A DNA stretch of 64,000 nucleotides from Candidatus Latescibacterota bacterium (lineage in GTDB: Bacteria > Latescibacterota > UBA2968), in NCBI GenBank assembly GCA_965207885.1, contig OZ242311.1:192001-256000 (forward strand), read 5' to 3'. The notes below the pieces were generated by a model. That model saw nothing but the letters and a program-made list of their open reading frames with translations. It was not told the DNA's origin and did not search any database. Below are positions 9,340 to 19,843 of the stretch, piece after piece. The translations under genes were made by a program, and so were the position numbers. Position 1 is the stretch's first letter; every line of letters starts with the position of its first letter.

Positions 9340-11241
9340 ATGAAGAGGTTTGGAAAAATGCAGGATACTACACGCGCTGAACACTACCGATTTATGGGTA
9401 TGGATCAATTTCCAGTTGGCAAGGACCTGTGGATGGGCTATTCCGGGAATAAGCGTGCGGGGAAAATAGTCTCCAGTCAAATCATCGACTTGTTATGGCG
9501 ATGCAGAACATTTGCAACATTAGATGATCATGCCCAAAATTTGCTCGGCGCAAATATGAATGGCAATCACGCGCCAGTACATTGGTGGCAAGTTTTTCAG
9601 CGATTTCTCCCAAACCACAATCGCGGACACAGACGGTTAAAGGAAATCAAACAACAATTGCAGGAACTCGCTGATAATGGACTTCTTGTTGCATACCATG
9701 ATCTCATCAAAGCCTGCTTTAAAAAGGAATTCCAGGATCTTCCACATCAGACCATCACTTCGGTCGGCATTATGACCTGCAATCGCGTGGATTACTTAAA
9801 ACGCGCACTTTCCAGTTATGTTGCCAATGCCAAACAGTTCGAGAGAAAACAGGCGTTTATCGTTGTTGATGGGTCTGAACATGTTCATACAAGAAAAAAA
9901 TATCGGCAGGTATTGAAGAGCATGCAAAAGAGTTGTGAGGGGACGATTTACTATTGTGGATTAGAGGAAAAAAAGCAATTTGCCAAAAGGCTAATTGAGC
10001 AAGGTCTGCCGCCTGATGTTGTCAATTTTTCTTTGTTTGACGTAGAACAGTGTGGCAACTCCACAGGTATGAATCGAAACGCCCTGTTGTTGAGTACAGC
10101 GGGCGATCTTCTTTTTAGCGCAGATGACGATACGGTTTGCCGCATAGCTCCTGCGCCTCATTTTAAGGAAGGGCTTGCATTTAAGTCAGGCACAGACCCG
10201 AATGAGTGGTGGTTTTATCCCAACCGACAAGCTGGCCTTCGAGCCGTCAATTTTGCAAAATGGGATATTCTATCTGTTCACGAAACGCTGCTTGGAAAAG
10301 ATGTGGGGCAGTGTATCTCTGATTTTGGTAAAAATGAAATAGATTTTAATCAATTGGATGTGACATTTTTTGAACGCCTTGCGTCACGGGGCGGGCGCGT
10401 TTTGATCACCTTTAACGGATTGATCGGTGATTCGGGGAGCCGTTTGCCCACATATCAGTTTCTGTTAAACGATCAGTCCCACGAACGCTTTGTGCATTCA
10501 CACGCGGCTTATTGTTCTGCATGTACGTGTGGCGAAGTCCTCCGGTCAGTGAATCGTGCAACGGTCAGTGATGCTGCATTTTGTATGACGGGATTTGTGG
10601 GGTTGGACAATCGCACTTTGTTACCGCCCTTTATGCCCGTAAACCGCGGACAAGATGGTACTTTTGGTCTTACCTTGTGGACGTGTTTTACCAATTCTTG
10701 TTTTGGTCATTTGCCCTGGGCTGTTTTGCACGCACCGCTCCAGTCTCGAACTTTCTCGCGAGATGATATTTGGCAGAACGCATTGCTTATGAGAATTAAC
10801 GATCTGATCCGGATGATCATCCGGGCATATAAGACCAGACCCGGTCAGCTCAATGATGCAGAAAATCTACGCAATTTGGGTGATCATCTGATTGATCTGG
10901 GGAATATGCCACTTGACGACTTTGAAGAATTTGTTCGCTTGCTTCGATGCCAATGGGCGAGTGACAGAATTGTTGCTCTGGATCATCGCCTCAATATATA
11001 TCGGGGAAAACCCAATTATTGGGCACGGGATGTTGCAAAATATATTGATGTGCTCAAGGGCGTGATTTCGGCGCGGCCCGTGCCTCATGATCTGATGGAT
11101 GGCCGAAGCACAAAAGATGCGCGTCTTATGTCGCAGCGTTTGGTGGGGCGGTTTGGGCAACTCCTGACATGGTGGCCCGATATGGTTGACGTGGCAAAAT
11201 ACTTAAAAGAAAAAGGACAGGGACTCGCAAAGCCTGTTTGA
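9340..11241 (+). CDS. GT-A fold (GT2-like) glycosyltransferase with a ~125-aa N-terminal extension, possibly RRE/wHTH-like
   Basis: SVGIMTCNRVDYLKRAL, FIVVDGS, GMNRNALLL, FSADDD (DxD), RGQDGTF. Confidence 0.6.
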   Translation: MKRFGKMQDTTRAEHYRFMGMDQFPVGKDLWMGYSGNKRAGKIVSSQIIDLLWRCRTFATLDDHAQNLLGANMNGNHAPVHWWQVFQRFLPNHNRGHRRLKEIKQQLQELADNGLLVAYHDLIKACFKKEFQDLPHQTITSVGIMTCNRVDYLKRALSSYVANAKQFERKQAFIVVDGSEHVHTRKKYRQVLKSMQKSCEGTIYYCGLEEKKQFAKRLIEQGLPPDVVNFSLFDVEQCGNSTGMNRNALLLSTAGDLLFSADDDTVCRIAPAPHFKEGLAFKSGTDPNEWWFYPNRQAGLRAVNFAKWDILSVHETLLGKDVGQCISDFGKNEIDFNQLDVTFFERLASRGGRVLITFNGLIGDSGSRLPTYQFLLNDQSHERFVHSHAAYCSACTCGEVLRSVNRATVSDAAFCMTGFVGLDNRTLLPPFMPVNRGQDGTFGLTLWTCFTNSCFGHLPWAVLHAPLQSRTFSRDDIWQNALLMRINDLIRMIIRAYKTRPGQLNDAENLRNLGDHLIDLGNMPLDDFEEFVRLLRCQWASDRIVALDHRLNIYRGKPNYWARDVAKYIDVLKGVISARPVPHDLMDGRSTKDARLMSQRLVGRFGQLLTWWPDMVDVAKYLKEKGQGLAKPV

Positions 11242-11278
11242 GTTACACCTGATTATTGGCGGCGGGTATGGAAGTGCA

Positions 11279-13672
11279 ATGCTCAAAAATTACTTCACAG
11301 TTTCGATTCGAAACGTACTGCGAAACCGCATCTATTCCCTGATCAATATTTCGGGATTGGCAATGGGCATCGCGCTTTGCATTTTGGCCTATCTGTATGT
11401 TTATCACGAGTGGACTTACGACACATTTCACAAAAATGCAGACCGCATTTACAGGGTCTATAAAATACAAGAGCAGGTACGCGGTCAAAGATCAATAAGT
11501 GCTTTTGTTCGCGCACCACTGGCACCGGCACTTGAGAATCAATTCGCGGACATTGAGCACTGCGTTAGACTGACAAAAAAAAAGGCTCAGATGAAATATG
11601 GCGATAAAGCCTTTCATGAAGATATACTCTTTGTCGATACAGGCTTTTTCGATGTATTCACTTTTCCGCTGCTTCAGGGGCAATCTGAATCTGTTTTTAT
11701 GCATAAAAATTCGATTGTTTTGAGCGAGAGGATGGCCCGTAAATATTTCGGTGATGAATATCCTCTATATGAGAAACTCTCGGTGAAATTATGGGAGGTA
11801 CACGAATTTATTGTCACGGGAATTGCGAAGAATCCCCCTGAAAATTCCAGTATTCAATTTGATTTTTTACTGCCGTATCAGAGTATGCCGCTTTTTGGAA
11901 CGGATATCGACAGTTGGAATATTTATATGCCAACTTCGCTTTATGTCCAATTGTCCGGTGCAGCACGGGCGACAGACCTTGAAGCGCGATTTCCAGACCT
12001 TGTTGAAGAGGTTATACACAAAAGCGCGAGCAGGTTCCCATTCCAGTTAAAACTGCAACCGATAACAGAAATACATCTCAATCCTGACATTTCTGGCCCT
12101 GAATCTGTGGGCAATCCGATCCATGCCTATATTTTATCGGGCATTGCACTGGGAGTTCTTCTGATTGCGTGTATCAATTTTGTGAACCTGTCCATTGCGA
12201 TTTCTTTTACACGCGCAAAAGAAATTGGCATGCGCAAGGTGGTTGGTGCTTCACGCCTGCAACTCGTTCAGCAGTTCTGGTGTGAGTCCTTTTTATTGAC
12301 ACTGATCTCCTGTATTCTTGGCGCAGTGCTGGCAGTATCTTTTTTGCCGACCTTTAATCGCTTAATGTATAAGCGTCTCTCCATTGATTATTACACCCAT
12401 GATATTACGATTGTCGTGCTTTTTGGCCTGATATTTTGCGTGAGTTTTATTGCCGGTGGTTATCCCGCAGCATTCTTGTCGGGGTTTCGTCCTGTAGAAT
12501 CATTAAAGAATACATTGAATATCGAGTGGAGAAATTATTTTCGTCAGGGCTTTGTCCTCTTTCAGTTCATATTATCTACATTTTTTATCATCAGCACGAT
12601 TCTTATGTACAGTCAAATAGGTTTTTTGAAATCCAAAAATTTGGGTTTTGATGCAGAGCAAATCGTTGTATTCCGCATCGACAATTTGGAATCTGCTGAT
12701 CGGGTGCGGATGCTGGATATTTTCAAGAATGAATTACCCAAACATCCTACCATCCTGGGGGTTTCTGGGGCTTCTTTTATTTTTAACGATCCATTTATTG
12801 GACGCGCTTTTTATTCGTTAAAGAATGGGGATAGAAAACGAATTGAGATTCATCTTTTGGGCGTTGATAGCGATTTTTTTTCTATGCTCGATATTGACTT
12901 AGATAGTGGTCGCGGTTTCAGGCAGGGAAGCGCGCCCGATGGCATTGTGATAAACAATGCGTGGAAAGAGAGTTTTCAGTGGGATGAACCGATGGAAAAT
13001 TATGTCAGATATAGATTCGAAGACTTGCGATATCCCACACTCCAAAATCCTCGGGTAATCGGCGTTGTAGAAGATTTTCATTCTTTGTCACTGCACCATG
13101 CGATTAAACCTACAATTTTCTATCAGACTTCCTCCCCCAGATATTTGTACGTTAAAATTCGTTCTGACAATATCTCCACTGCGCTGTCATTAATAAAAGA
13201 TAAGTGGAATGAATTTGATGCTGGCCTTCCTTTCGAATACATGTTTCTGGACAAACACGTTGAACGTCAGTATCGAGAAGAAGAAAGATGGGGGCAGGTT
13301 GTTGCGTATGCCTCCTGTTTTGCAATTGTTATTGCCTGCCTCGGTGCCCTTGGCTTGACAATGCTTGCAATGGCCCGGAGAACAAAAGAGATCGGCATTC
13401 GAAAAATCCTCGGCGCATCTGTTCTGCACATTATCTCGTTGGTTTCAAGAGACTTTCTGCGACTGGTGTTCATTGGCAATGTGATTGCCTGGCCTATTGC
13501 TTATTATGTCATAGACCGTTGGTTACAGGATTTTTCTTACCGAATAGATCCCAATATTGGGCATTTTCTGTTCGGCGGGGGACTCGTCGTGATTATCGTA
13601 TTTTTGACGGTGGGCTGTTTGGCTGTCAAGGTCGCCAAAAATGATCCCGTGAAAGCCATTCGGTATGAATAG
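11279..13672 (+). CDS. ABC transporter permease, MacB/FtsX family (duplicated, ~800 aa)
   Basis: MLKNYFTVSIRNVLR, IACINFVNL, RAKEIGMRKVVGA, RTKEIGIRKILGA, DPVKAIRYE. Confidence 0.95.
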   Translation: MLKNYFTVSIRNVLRNRIYSLINISGLAMGIALCILAYLYVYHEWTYDTFHKNADRIYRVYKIQEQVRGQRSISAFVRAPLAPALENQFADIEHCVRLTKKKAQMKYGDKAFHEDILFVDTGFFDVFTFPLLQGQSESVFMHKNSIVLSERMARKYFGDEYPLYEKLSVKLWEVHEFIVTGIAKNPPENSSIQFDFLLPYQSMPLFGTDIDSWNIYMPTSLYVQLSGAARATDLEARFPDLVEEVIHKSASRFPFQLKLQPITEIHLNPDISGPESVGNPIHAYILSGIALGVLLIACINFVNLSIAISFTRAKEIGMRKVVGASRLQLVQQFWCESFLLTLISCILGAVLAVSFLPTFNRLMYKRLSIDYYTHDITIVVLFGLIFCVSFIAGGYPAAFLSGFRPVESLKNTLNIEWRNYFRQGFVLFQFILSTFFIISTILMYSQIGFLKSKNLGFDAEQIVVFRIDNLESADRVRMLDIFKNELPKHPTILGVSGASFIFNDPFIGRAFYSLKNGDRKRIEIHLLGVDSDFFSMLDIDLDSGRGFRQGSAPDGIVINNAWKESFQWDEPMENYVRYRFEDLRYPTLQNPRVIGVVEDFHSLSLHHAIKPTIFYQTSSPRYLYVKIRSDNISTALSLIKDKWNEFDAGLPFEYMFLDKHVERQYREEERWGQVVAYASCFAIVIACLGALGLTMLAMARRTKEIGIRKILGASVLHIISLVSRDFLRLVFIGNVIAWPIAYYVIDRWLQDFSYRIDPNIGHFLFGGGLVVIIVFLTVGCLAVKVAKNDPVKAIRYE

Positions 13673-13716
13673 GCGCACTTTTATACTATTTACGGTAAGA
13701 CAGGAAGTTTATAGAA

Positions 13717-16700
13717 ATGAAATATTCTCTTTCAATTTTATTGCTCGTGTTTTCTGCTACGGTGCAGTGTGAGGATTTGCCGCAACGCGAAGCGGTTCCC
13801 CGTCTGGCGGTGTTTCCGTTGGTTTCGGAGAAAGATCCCGATTACGGGGTTTTTATGGCTGACCGCCTGGTGGATGAGTTGATGCGCCATCGGGATATTC
13901 CCGCGTATCAGGGGCGCTGGTTTGAACTGGTAGAGCCTGATACGATTCCACGGCGCAGGATGAAGGGGATGGTGGAGACCAAACAGGCGTTGAAAGATTA
14001 TGATTTGTTTTTGTTGAAAACAGCGGCTCGCGCAGAGCAGGCATTGATCGGATTTGTTTCTGATGCTGGGACGCGCACATTGCATGTGCGGATTGTGGAT
14101 CTGGACACTGGGGAACCGGTTTGGATGGGCAAGGCGCGGGATGATGTCAAATGGCAGTGGATCTATGCCCAGCGCGATATAGGAGAGATTGCACTGGGCA
14201 ATTTGATGGCGCAACTCGGCTTTCAGGAGGCCAATCGGCATGGGAGGATGATGCGGTCAGATGAATGGCCGTTGCAGGTGGTATTCGCGCCTTTGCACAC
14301 TTCGCAAAAAGCGCTGGTGGGAGGATATGTGCGGTTGATTAGAGAGGGTATGATAGGTGATGGGTTATTTGATAGATTGGATATGTCACAGCCAATAGGC
14401 AGGCGACTGAATACTGCGGATCGGACGTTGTTGTCGCATAAGGCAGATGCTGTTTTATGCGGTAGTTTGATGGCTACGGGCAAGGACAATGCGATCAATG
14501 CTGTGGGGGTTGCATTGCGGCTGATTGATACGTCTTCTGGGCGTGTTTTGTGGGCGGGCAGTGCCAATGGTCGGCGCGTCTGGCGCAAGGATCGGTTTGA
14601 CGATTTGTCGCAGACGATTGCCACAGATCTGGTCGCGGGATTGGCAAAGGTTAAATCGGGTACTCAGACAGATGCCTGGGCAAATCAACCGGAACCTCAA
14701 GACGGACCGAGCTGGGTGAATCGGGGGATGGTCGCGCTGGAGCGCGGGCTTTTGAGCGATGCTGAAGAGGCATTTTTAAAGGCAGAGTCTTTTGAGGGTA
14801 GTGAGGTGCTATCTTATGAGGGGTTAGGGCGGGTTTATGCGCGACGCCCAGCCCTGAGGCAGCGCGCTGTTTCGTATTTTTATCGCGCTATAGAGGCGGA
14901 TACGACGCGCGCAGATTTGTATTACCAGATGGCGTCGGTGTATTTTGATATCGGTACGGATCAGTGCGTAGATATGGCGTCTCGAGCGATTGCGATTGAT
15001 TCGACGTATAGCGCGCCCTATCAGTTGTTGGGTGACTGGTTTGCGCGCGATGATTTTTACGCTTTGCCTCAGGACAATACAACAGCCGCTGCGTATTATA
15101 CGCACTATTTGTCTCTGGAACCGGATGATGTTGATGCGGTGACAAAGCTGGGTGCTGTGTTGTTGCGCATGGAGGATCAGCAGGCGATCGCGCGACAGAT
15201 TTTGCCCTTTATGAAACGCCATCCAGAGGCGCTTGATTTGTTGCCCGTTGCAGCACAATGGGCTTATCGGGCGGGGGATTACGAGCGCGCTTCGGAGTAT
15301 TGGGATCGGTTTTTGGAGCGGATTGATGCACAGACGCTGGCGTTGCACGTTGATCCAACCCCTATTTTGTCAGATGCTCAACGCGCGACCTACAATGCGC
15401 TTTCTAAGGGGGAGAAGCAAAATTTTATCGATCGGTTCTGGATGCAAAAGGATCTGGATCCGACTACAGAAGTGAATGAGCGTTTGCAAGAACACTATCA
15501 GCGGGTGTGGATGGCGCGGCAATATTTCGCAGGGTCTGCGTATCCATGGGATCGGCGAGGTGAGGTGTATTTGCGCTATGGAGAGCCGGATTATCGTTCG
15601 CGGTCTGGTCGCGCGCCTGGAGTAATGAGTGTTGCGGTGCAGCGGGTGAAAGACGAGTTGTACGCGCAGTTGTACACGCGTCCACACGAAGGCGCACTTG
15701 TGGGCACGGTGTTTCCTGTGCGGAGTTCGCGGGCGATGTTTGCCGATTCGTTTAATCTGATGGGAAGAAATGACGCGGATTCTCACACGATGGGCGATGG
15801 TTATTTGCCCGTCACCTCAGGGGAAGATAATAGTCTCGTGCCCTGGGAATCGTGGGTGTATGTGACGGTTGGCGGGGGGATGGAGATTACATTTACGGAT
15901 GAGATGGGATCGGGGCATTTCAATTTTGCGCCGATTCCGCTGCGCCAGCCGATAGGGATGCGGTCCATTGCCAGGATTCAGGAAAATGCGCCGGAAACGT
16001 TTTATATGCAGGCTGTAGGCGAGATGCCGGAGCAATATCGACCGTGGTGGCAAACGCGGGCGTTGGAATTTTATTACGATGTGGCCGATGCGCGCGGGGG
16101 ATATTTCATGACGCGGGTGGATGTGGCCTATGGTTTACCGATAGATGTGGAGAAGACCGGAAGGGGCGATTTGACACTATCTATTGCGCTTTATGATTCG
16201 GTGACAAACCGCGCGTTTCGCACGCGCCGAACGGTTGTGCGGAAAGACACGCTATCTGATTCGAATGCTATGCTGACCGATTTGTTGACCTTGCCCGTGC
16301 CGCCCGGCACATATCATTTGACGGTGAAGGCAGAGAATGTCAGTGCCAATCGCGTCAGTTTGTTGCAGCAGGTTCTTGCGGTTGAGTCTTATGGTGATTC
16401 GGAATTGCAGATGAGCGATCCGGTATTGGCCGCGCAGATTGACGAGATGGATGTGGATGATTCTTTTCGCCGAAAGAATTTGCGGGTGTTGCCTTTGCCT
16501 ACGCGCGCATTTCTCATTGGGCAGGAGATGGGGTTGTATTTTGAGGTTTATAATCTGGTGGCAGACGAGTTTGGGCAGACGCGCTATCGCGTGACGATTC
16601 AGATTGCGGCTCTGGAGCAGGTAGAGGGTTTGCGCATGCTGTTGACTGGGCAGGAGGTCAATCCCGAAGTGTCGATGTCATTTGAACAGGTGGATACACA

Positions 16701-16836
16701 GCCGAGCGTGCAGGTTTATCAGTTTGTCGATCTGACAAAGGCGAAACAGGGGCGCAATCGGGTGAAAATTATCGTAGAAGACTTAAATGCACAGCGTCGT
16801 GTTTCAAAGGAGATTGTGTTTCGATATGGGAAATAG
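13717..16836 (+). CDS. GWxTD-domain protein with TPR repeats and N-terminal CsgG-like domains
   Basis: FWMQKDLDPTTEVNERLQEHYQR and PWDRRGEVYLRYGEPD motifs; TPR-like helices; signal peptide. Confidence 0.8.
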   Translation: MKYSLSILLLVFSATVQCEDLPQREAVPRLAVFPLVSEKDPDYGVFMADRLVDELMRHRDIPAYQGRWFELVEPDTIPRRRMKGMVETKQALKDYDLFLLKTAARAEQALIGFVSDAGTRTLHVRIVDLDTGEPVWMGKARDDVKWQWIYAQRDIGEIALGNLMAQLGFQEANRHGRMMRSDEWPLQVVFAPLHTSQKALVGGYVRLIREGMIGDGLFDRLDMSQPIGRRLNTADRTLLSHKADAVLCGSLMATGKDNAINAVGVALRLIDTSSGRVLWAGSANGRRVWRKDRFDDLSQTIATDLVAGLAKVKSGTQTDAWANQPEPQDGPSWVNRGMVALERGLLSDAEEAFLKAESFEGSEVLSYEGLGRVYARRPALRQRAVSYFYRAIEADTTRADLYYQMASVYFDIGTDQCVDMASRAIAIDSTYSAPYQLLGDWFARDDFYALPQDNTTAAAYYTHYLSLEPDDVDAVTKLGAVLLRMEDQQAIARQILPFMKRHPEALDLLPVAAQWAYRAGDYERASEYWDRFLERIDAQTLALHVDPTPILSDAQRATYNALSKGEKQNFIDRFWMQKDLDPTTEVNERLQEHYQRVWMARQYFAGSAYPWDRRGEVYLRYGEPDYRSRSGRAPGVMSVAVQRVKDELYAQLYTRPHEGALVGTVFPVRSSRAMFADSFNLMGRNDADSHTMGDGYLPVTSGEDNSLVPWESWVYVTVGGGMEITFTDEMGSGHFNFAPIPLRQPIGMRSIARIQENAPETFYMQAVGEMPEQYRPWWQTRALEFYYDVADARGGYFMTRVDVAYGLPIDVEKTGRGDLTLSIALYDSVTNRAFRTRRTVVRKDTLSDSNAMLTDLLTLPVPPGTYHLTVKAENVSANRVSLLQQVLAVESYGDSELQMSDPVLAAQIDEMDVDDSFRRKNLRVLPLPTRAFLIGQEMGLYFEVYNLVADEFGQTRYRVTIQIAALEQVEGLRMLLTGQEVNPEVSMSFEQVDTQPSVQVYQFVDLTKAKQGRNRVKIIVEDLNAQRRVSKEIVFRYGK

Positions 16837-18385
16837 TGTCACATACCTTTTATTGTGTCTTTTATTGTTCGCCGGGTGTGAATCTCGGCGCGATCTCGCT
16901 ACTGATCCGGCCAATTCGCCGGTTGTAGTCCCCTTTGATCTGAGATATGACGAGGAGCAGAATGCGGTTGTACTCGAATGGGAATATCTGGGTATTGAAC
17001 CCGTGGTGCGCTATCAATTTTGGCGCGTTGAGCGCGATGGCATTCACACGCTTCCCTGGTATAATTTCCCTGCACCTTCGCGGGAAGTGAACCGCCGTGC
17101 AGATGTATGGGATATGATGCCAATAGTAGATGCTGCCATCCATGCTGGCGAAAAATATATTTATATCCTGCGTACGGAAACAGCCGGAAAACGACTGGCA
17201 GAAGCTCCTGTAGGCGAGGTGCAGATTCCCGGGGCGATATTGGCAGACATCCAGTTTTTGCCCGAAGAGGGTACAGCGACTGTCAATTGGCATTTGGTGG
17301 CAGGTGTTCCCCGTCGCTATGAGCTGTTGCGTGCTGTAGATGATGCGGCAGAGCAGGTGATTTTTCAGTCTGAAGATCCCACCGTTGCGAGTTTTACCGA
17401 TGTGATTATAGAGGGTAACCGCAAATATACGTATCGCTTGCGGAATACGATGGATCGCGGTGTGGTGCTCGATAGTCGCGAGATGTCTCTACACCCGTAT
17501 AAACGACGATTTGAGTTCAATATTGTCGAGGCACCAAGCGTGTTTGTGGCTTTGACGCCTGCTGCGGCTTTTGCAAGTCCCGCCCTATCGTTGCTCGCGA
17601 CATCCGATGCCATTTCCATACGCGATCTCAATCAGACGGGGTATGTGGGTAATTCTCGCATGCTGCCCGTGCCCAATCGCGCGAGGTTGCGGTTGAACTC
17701 TCTTTCTGTTGCTACGATTTCTGCTGGGTCTCCTGTTGCTCCCCATGTGTTGCTCGGCGGCATTTTGTCAGAGACCAGAGAGGTGCAACTTTCTGCGTTT
17801 CGGTCAACTCAGTTGAGAATCTCTAAGATTCCCTGGCAATACGAGGACTGGCGCGTTGTGGATTCTGAGTTGCCTACCGCGATAACGATTGCGCGAGATG
17901 GCACGATTTGGGTGGGTATTGGACAGAGGTTAAAGGCATTCTCATTCGATACAAATAATATTGTTGAACGTGGGTCCTATGATACGGGCATTGAAGGTGC
18001 GATCCAAAGTCTTGCGGTTTTGGGACCTGATATCTGGATGGTGACGACATTGGGAGAGGTTTTTCGAATGGATACAAGTCACATGGGGGCACAGCCTGTT
18101 TGGGATGAAGTTGTGTTGCCCGATGGTGTTTTTCCCGTGTGGGTTAGCAGTGGTCCTGATTCTAAAACTGTATTTGTACTGGCTCGGGATCGGATTATGG
18201 TTTTTAATGCTGACGGACAGCCTGTATTGTGGTGGGGTGGTTTGGATGATCTAATTTTGGATTCTGCGGGTTTGATTGTTTCCGAGTTTGAAGATGTGTA
18301 TGTATGGGATGCACAAAATCATATTGTTCTGTTTAAGAGTGTACCTGCGTTGCTGGTGCGTTTTGCCGAAGAAAACCCGAATTGA
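16826..18385 (+). CDS. Putative lipoprotein, FN3-like + beta-propeller-like
   Basis: ATG 16826 after AAGGAG; lipobox FAGC; similar architecture to 7610-9316. Confidence 0.65.
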   Translation: MGNSVTYLLLCLLLFAGCESRRDLATDPANSPVVVPFDLRYDEEQNAVVLEWEYLGIEPVVRYQFWRVERDGIHTLPWYNFPAPSREVNRRADVWDMMPIVDAAIHAGEKYIYILRTETAGKRLAEAPVGEVQIPGAILADIQFLPEEGTATVNWHLVAGVPRRYELLRAVDDAAEQVIFQSEDPTVASFTDVIIEGNRKYTYRLRNTMDRGVVLDSREMSLHPYKRRFEFNIVEAPSVFVALTPAAAFASPALSLLATSDAISIRDLNQTGYVGNSRMLPVPNRARLRLNSLSVATISAGSPVAPHVLLGGILSETREVQLSAFRSTQLRISKIPWQYEDWRVVDSELPTAITIARDGTIWVGIGQRLKAFSFDTNNIVERGSYDTGIEGAIQSLAVLGPDIWMVTTLGEVFRMDTSHMGAQPVWDEVVLPDGVFPVWVSSGPDSKTVFVLARDRIMVFNADGQPVLWWGGLDDLILDSAGLIVSEFEDVYVWDAQNHIVLFKSVPALLVRFAEENPN

Positions 18386-18404
18386 TTGTTCGCGGCGGGG
18401 TCTT

Positions 18405-19166
18405 ATGATGAGATTTTTTATTTTTGTCGCACTTATTGGTGCCTTTGGTATTGCAGGTGCTCAGGATGTTCCGCCTTATGTTCGAGAGGCTGAAGCGCGC
18501 TATAAACAGGGGGATTATGCAGGTGCGATAGGGTATTTGTTGGCTGTGCCGGGTGTGGCGCAACTCTCACCGAAGCTGACGCCGATGAATCGAGATTCGC
18601 GTGCATGTCTGTTTTTTGATCTGGGCTGTTGTTATCTCGCGGCAGGGGATTCTCTGCGTGCCGATTGGGCATTTCGAGAGGCTTTTGCTTTGAATAATCG
18701 ATTGGATCGGGGATATTTTAAAAATGCAGATCCGGGCGCGTTCTGGTGGGCTTTGTTGCACGGTGAGGAGGCCGCACGTCGCCTGAAGACCAAACGCTTG
18801 TTTTCTGCGATGCGATCTTTGTTCGTTCCCGGATGGGGTCAGTTTTACCGGGGGTATAAGAAAAAGGGATATGTGTTTCTCGGTGCAGTGGTTGGTACGT
18901 CTGTTGCACTGAGTTTTCAGTATCAGAATTTTCAGAGTGCCCGCGATCACTACAATCAGACGAATATATTTCAACATATAAACCAGCGATATACAAATGA
19001 GGATGGGACGCGCTATACCGAGTGGGAGGCGCGTCATCGAGAGGTCAAGTCCAGTGAAAAACGGGTGAATATTCTAATCGGTGTGCTCGGTGCGATTTGG
19101 GTTCTGAATCTATTTGATAGCGTGGTTTTTGAGCCAGCACCTATGGGTTTGACAGTCGCATTTTGA
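18405..19166 (+). CDS. TPR + DUF5683-like protein
   Basis: Signal peptide from ATG 18405; RSLFVPGWGQFYRGYKKKG motif; WVLNLFDS near the C-terminus. Confidence 0.75.
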   Translation: MMRFFIFVALIGAFGIAGAQDVPPYVREAEARYKQGDYAGAIGYLLAVPGVAQLSPKLTPMNRDSRACLFFDLGCCYLAAGDSLRADWAFREAFALNNRLDRGYFKNADPGAFWWALLHGEEAARRLKTKRLFSAMRSLFVPGWGQFYRGYKKKGYVFLGAVVGTSVALSFQYQNFQSARDHYNQTNIFQHINQRYTNEDGTRYTEWEARHREVKSSEKRVNILIGVLGAIWVLNLFDSVVFEPAPMGLTVAF

Positions 19167-19386
19167 TTTTTTTAAATCTATTGTCTTAAACCGGTGTCGT
19201 AAGACTTGGGCAGAATCAGGTAGCAGGGGATGCTTGGCACAACGTTTCGGTTGCGTCCCCGTCTAAAGCAGCGAAGATTGCACCCTGCCCATCGCGTCTT
19301 GTGATTGATGGCAGATATCAGGACCAAACGATGCACAACATCACCAGACCATTTCAGAATCGTCCTATGTAACCTGTTCAGGAATC

Positions 19387-19440
19387 ACTAAAATGAAAAG
19401 AGCGAGTCCTTTTTGACTCGCTCTTATTTTATTTTAAATA
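19387..19440. repeat. Island repeat copy 1 (TAAAATG-hairpin; bidirectional-terminator-like)
   Basis: AAGAGCGAGTC-CTTTTT-GACTCGCTCTT, perfect 11-bp stem at 19398-19425. Confidence 0.9.
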
Positions 19441-19827
19441 CTTTGTTGATGACAACCAAAACCTTCTGGATCTTGGCTCAAGCATGCCCTGCGTGTTTTA
19501 AGCAGAGGGTTAAGTTCCCCCTCCTAGGCAATCAGCTTTCAGAGTCAGTCCCACCCCGCCAGTCCAACTTCCAGTAACCATTTCTTAACCTCCTATATCC
19601 ATTCACCAATCTCCAGTATCCAACCTCTGCTTCTTATTCGTCATGGTTGGTCAACGGATAGTAGAAGGTGGGCCAGGGATGTCCCAAAAGTGCGACAGGA
19701 ATGTCCTACCTGAACCCTTTTACTGCGAATCACATTTTTCAAATCCAGAAAATTTTTCAGGAATAAATTATTGTAATAAAAATACATATAAAAAAATGGG
19801 AATATATGTCACCAATGCAATTTAAAG

Positions 19828-19843
19828 TGGCACATATTTCGCT
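19828..19843 (+). promoter_or_regulatory. Candidate sigma54 (-24/-12) promoter
   Basis: TGGCACATATTTCGCT, GG-N10-GC; imperfect palindrome TGTCCC-N6-GCGACA upstream at 19680-19697 as a possible UAS. Confidence 0.55.
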
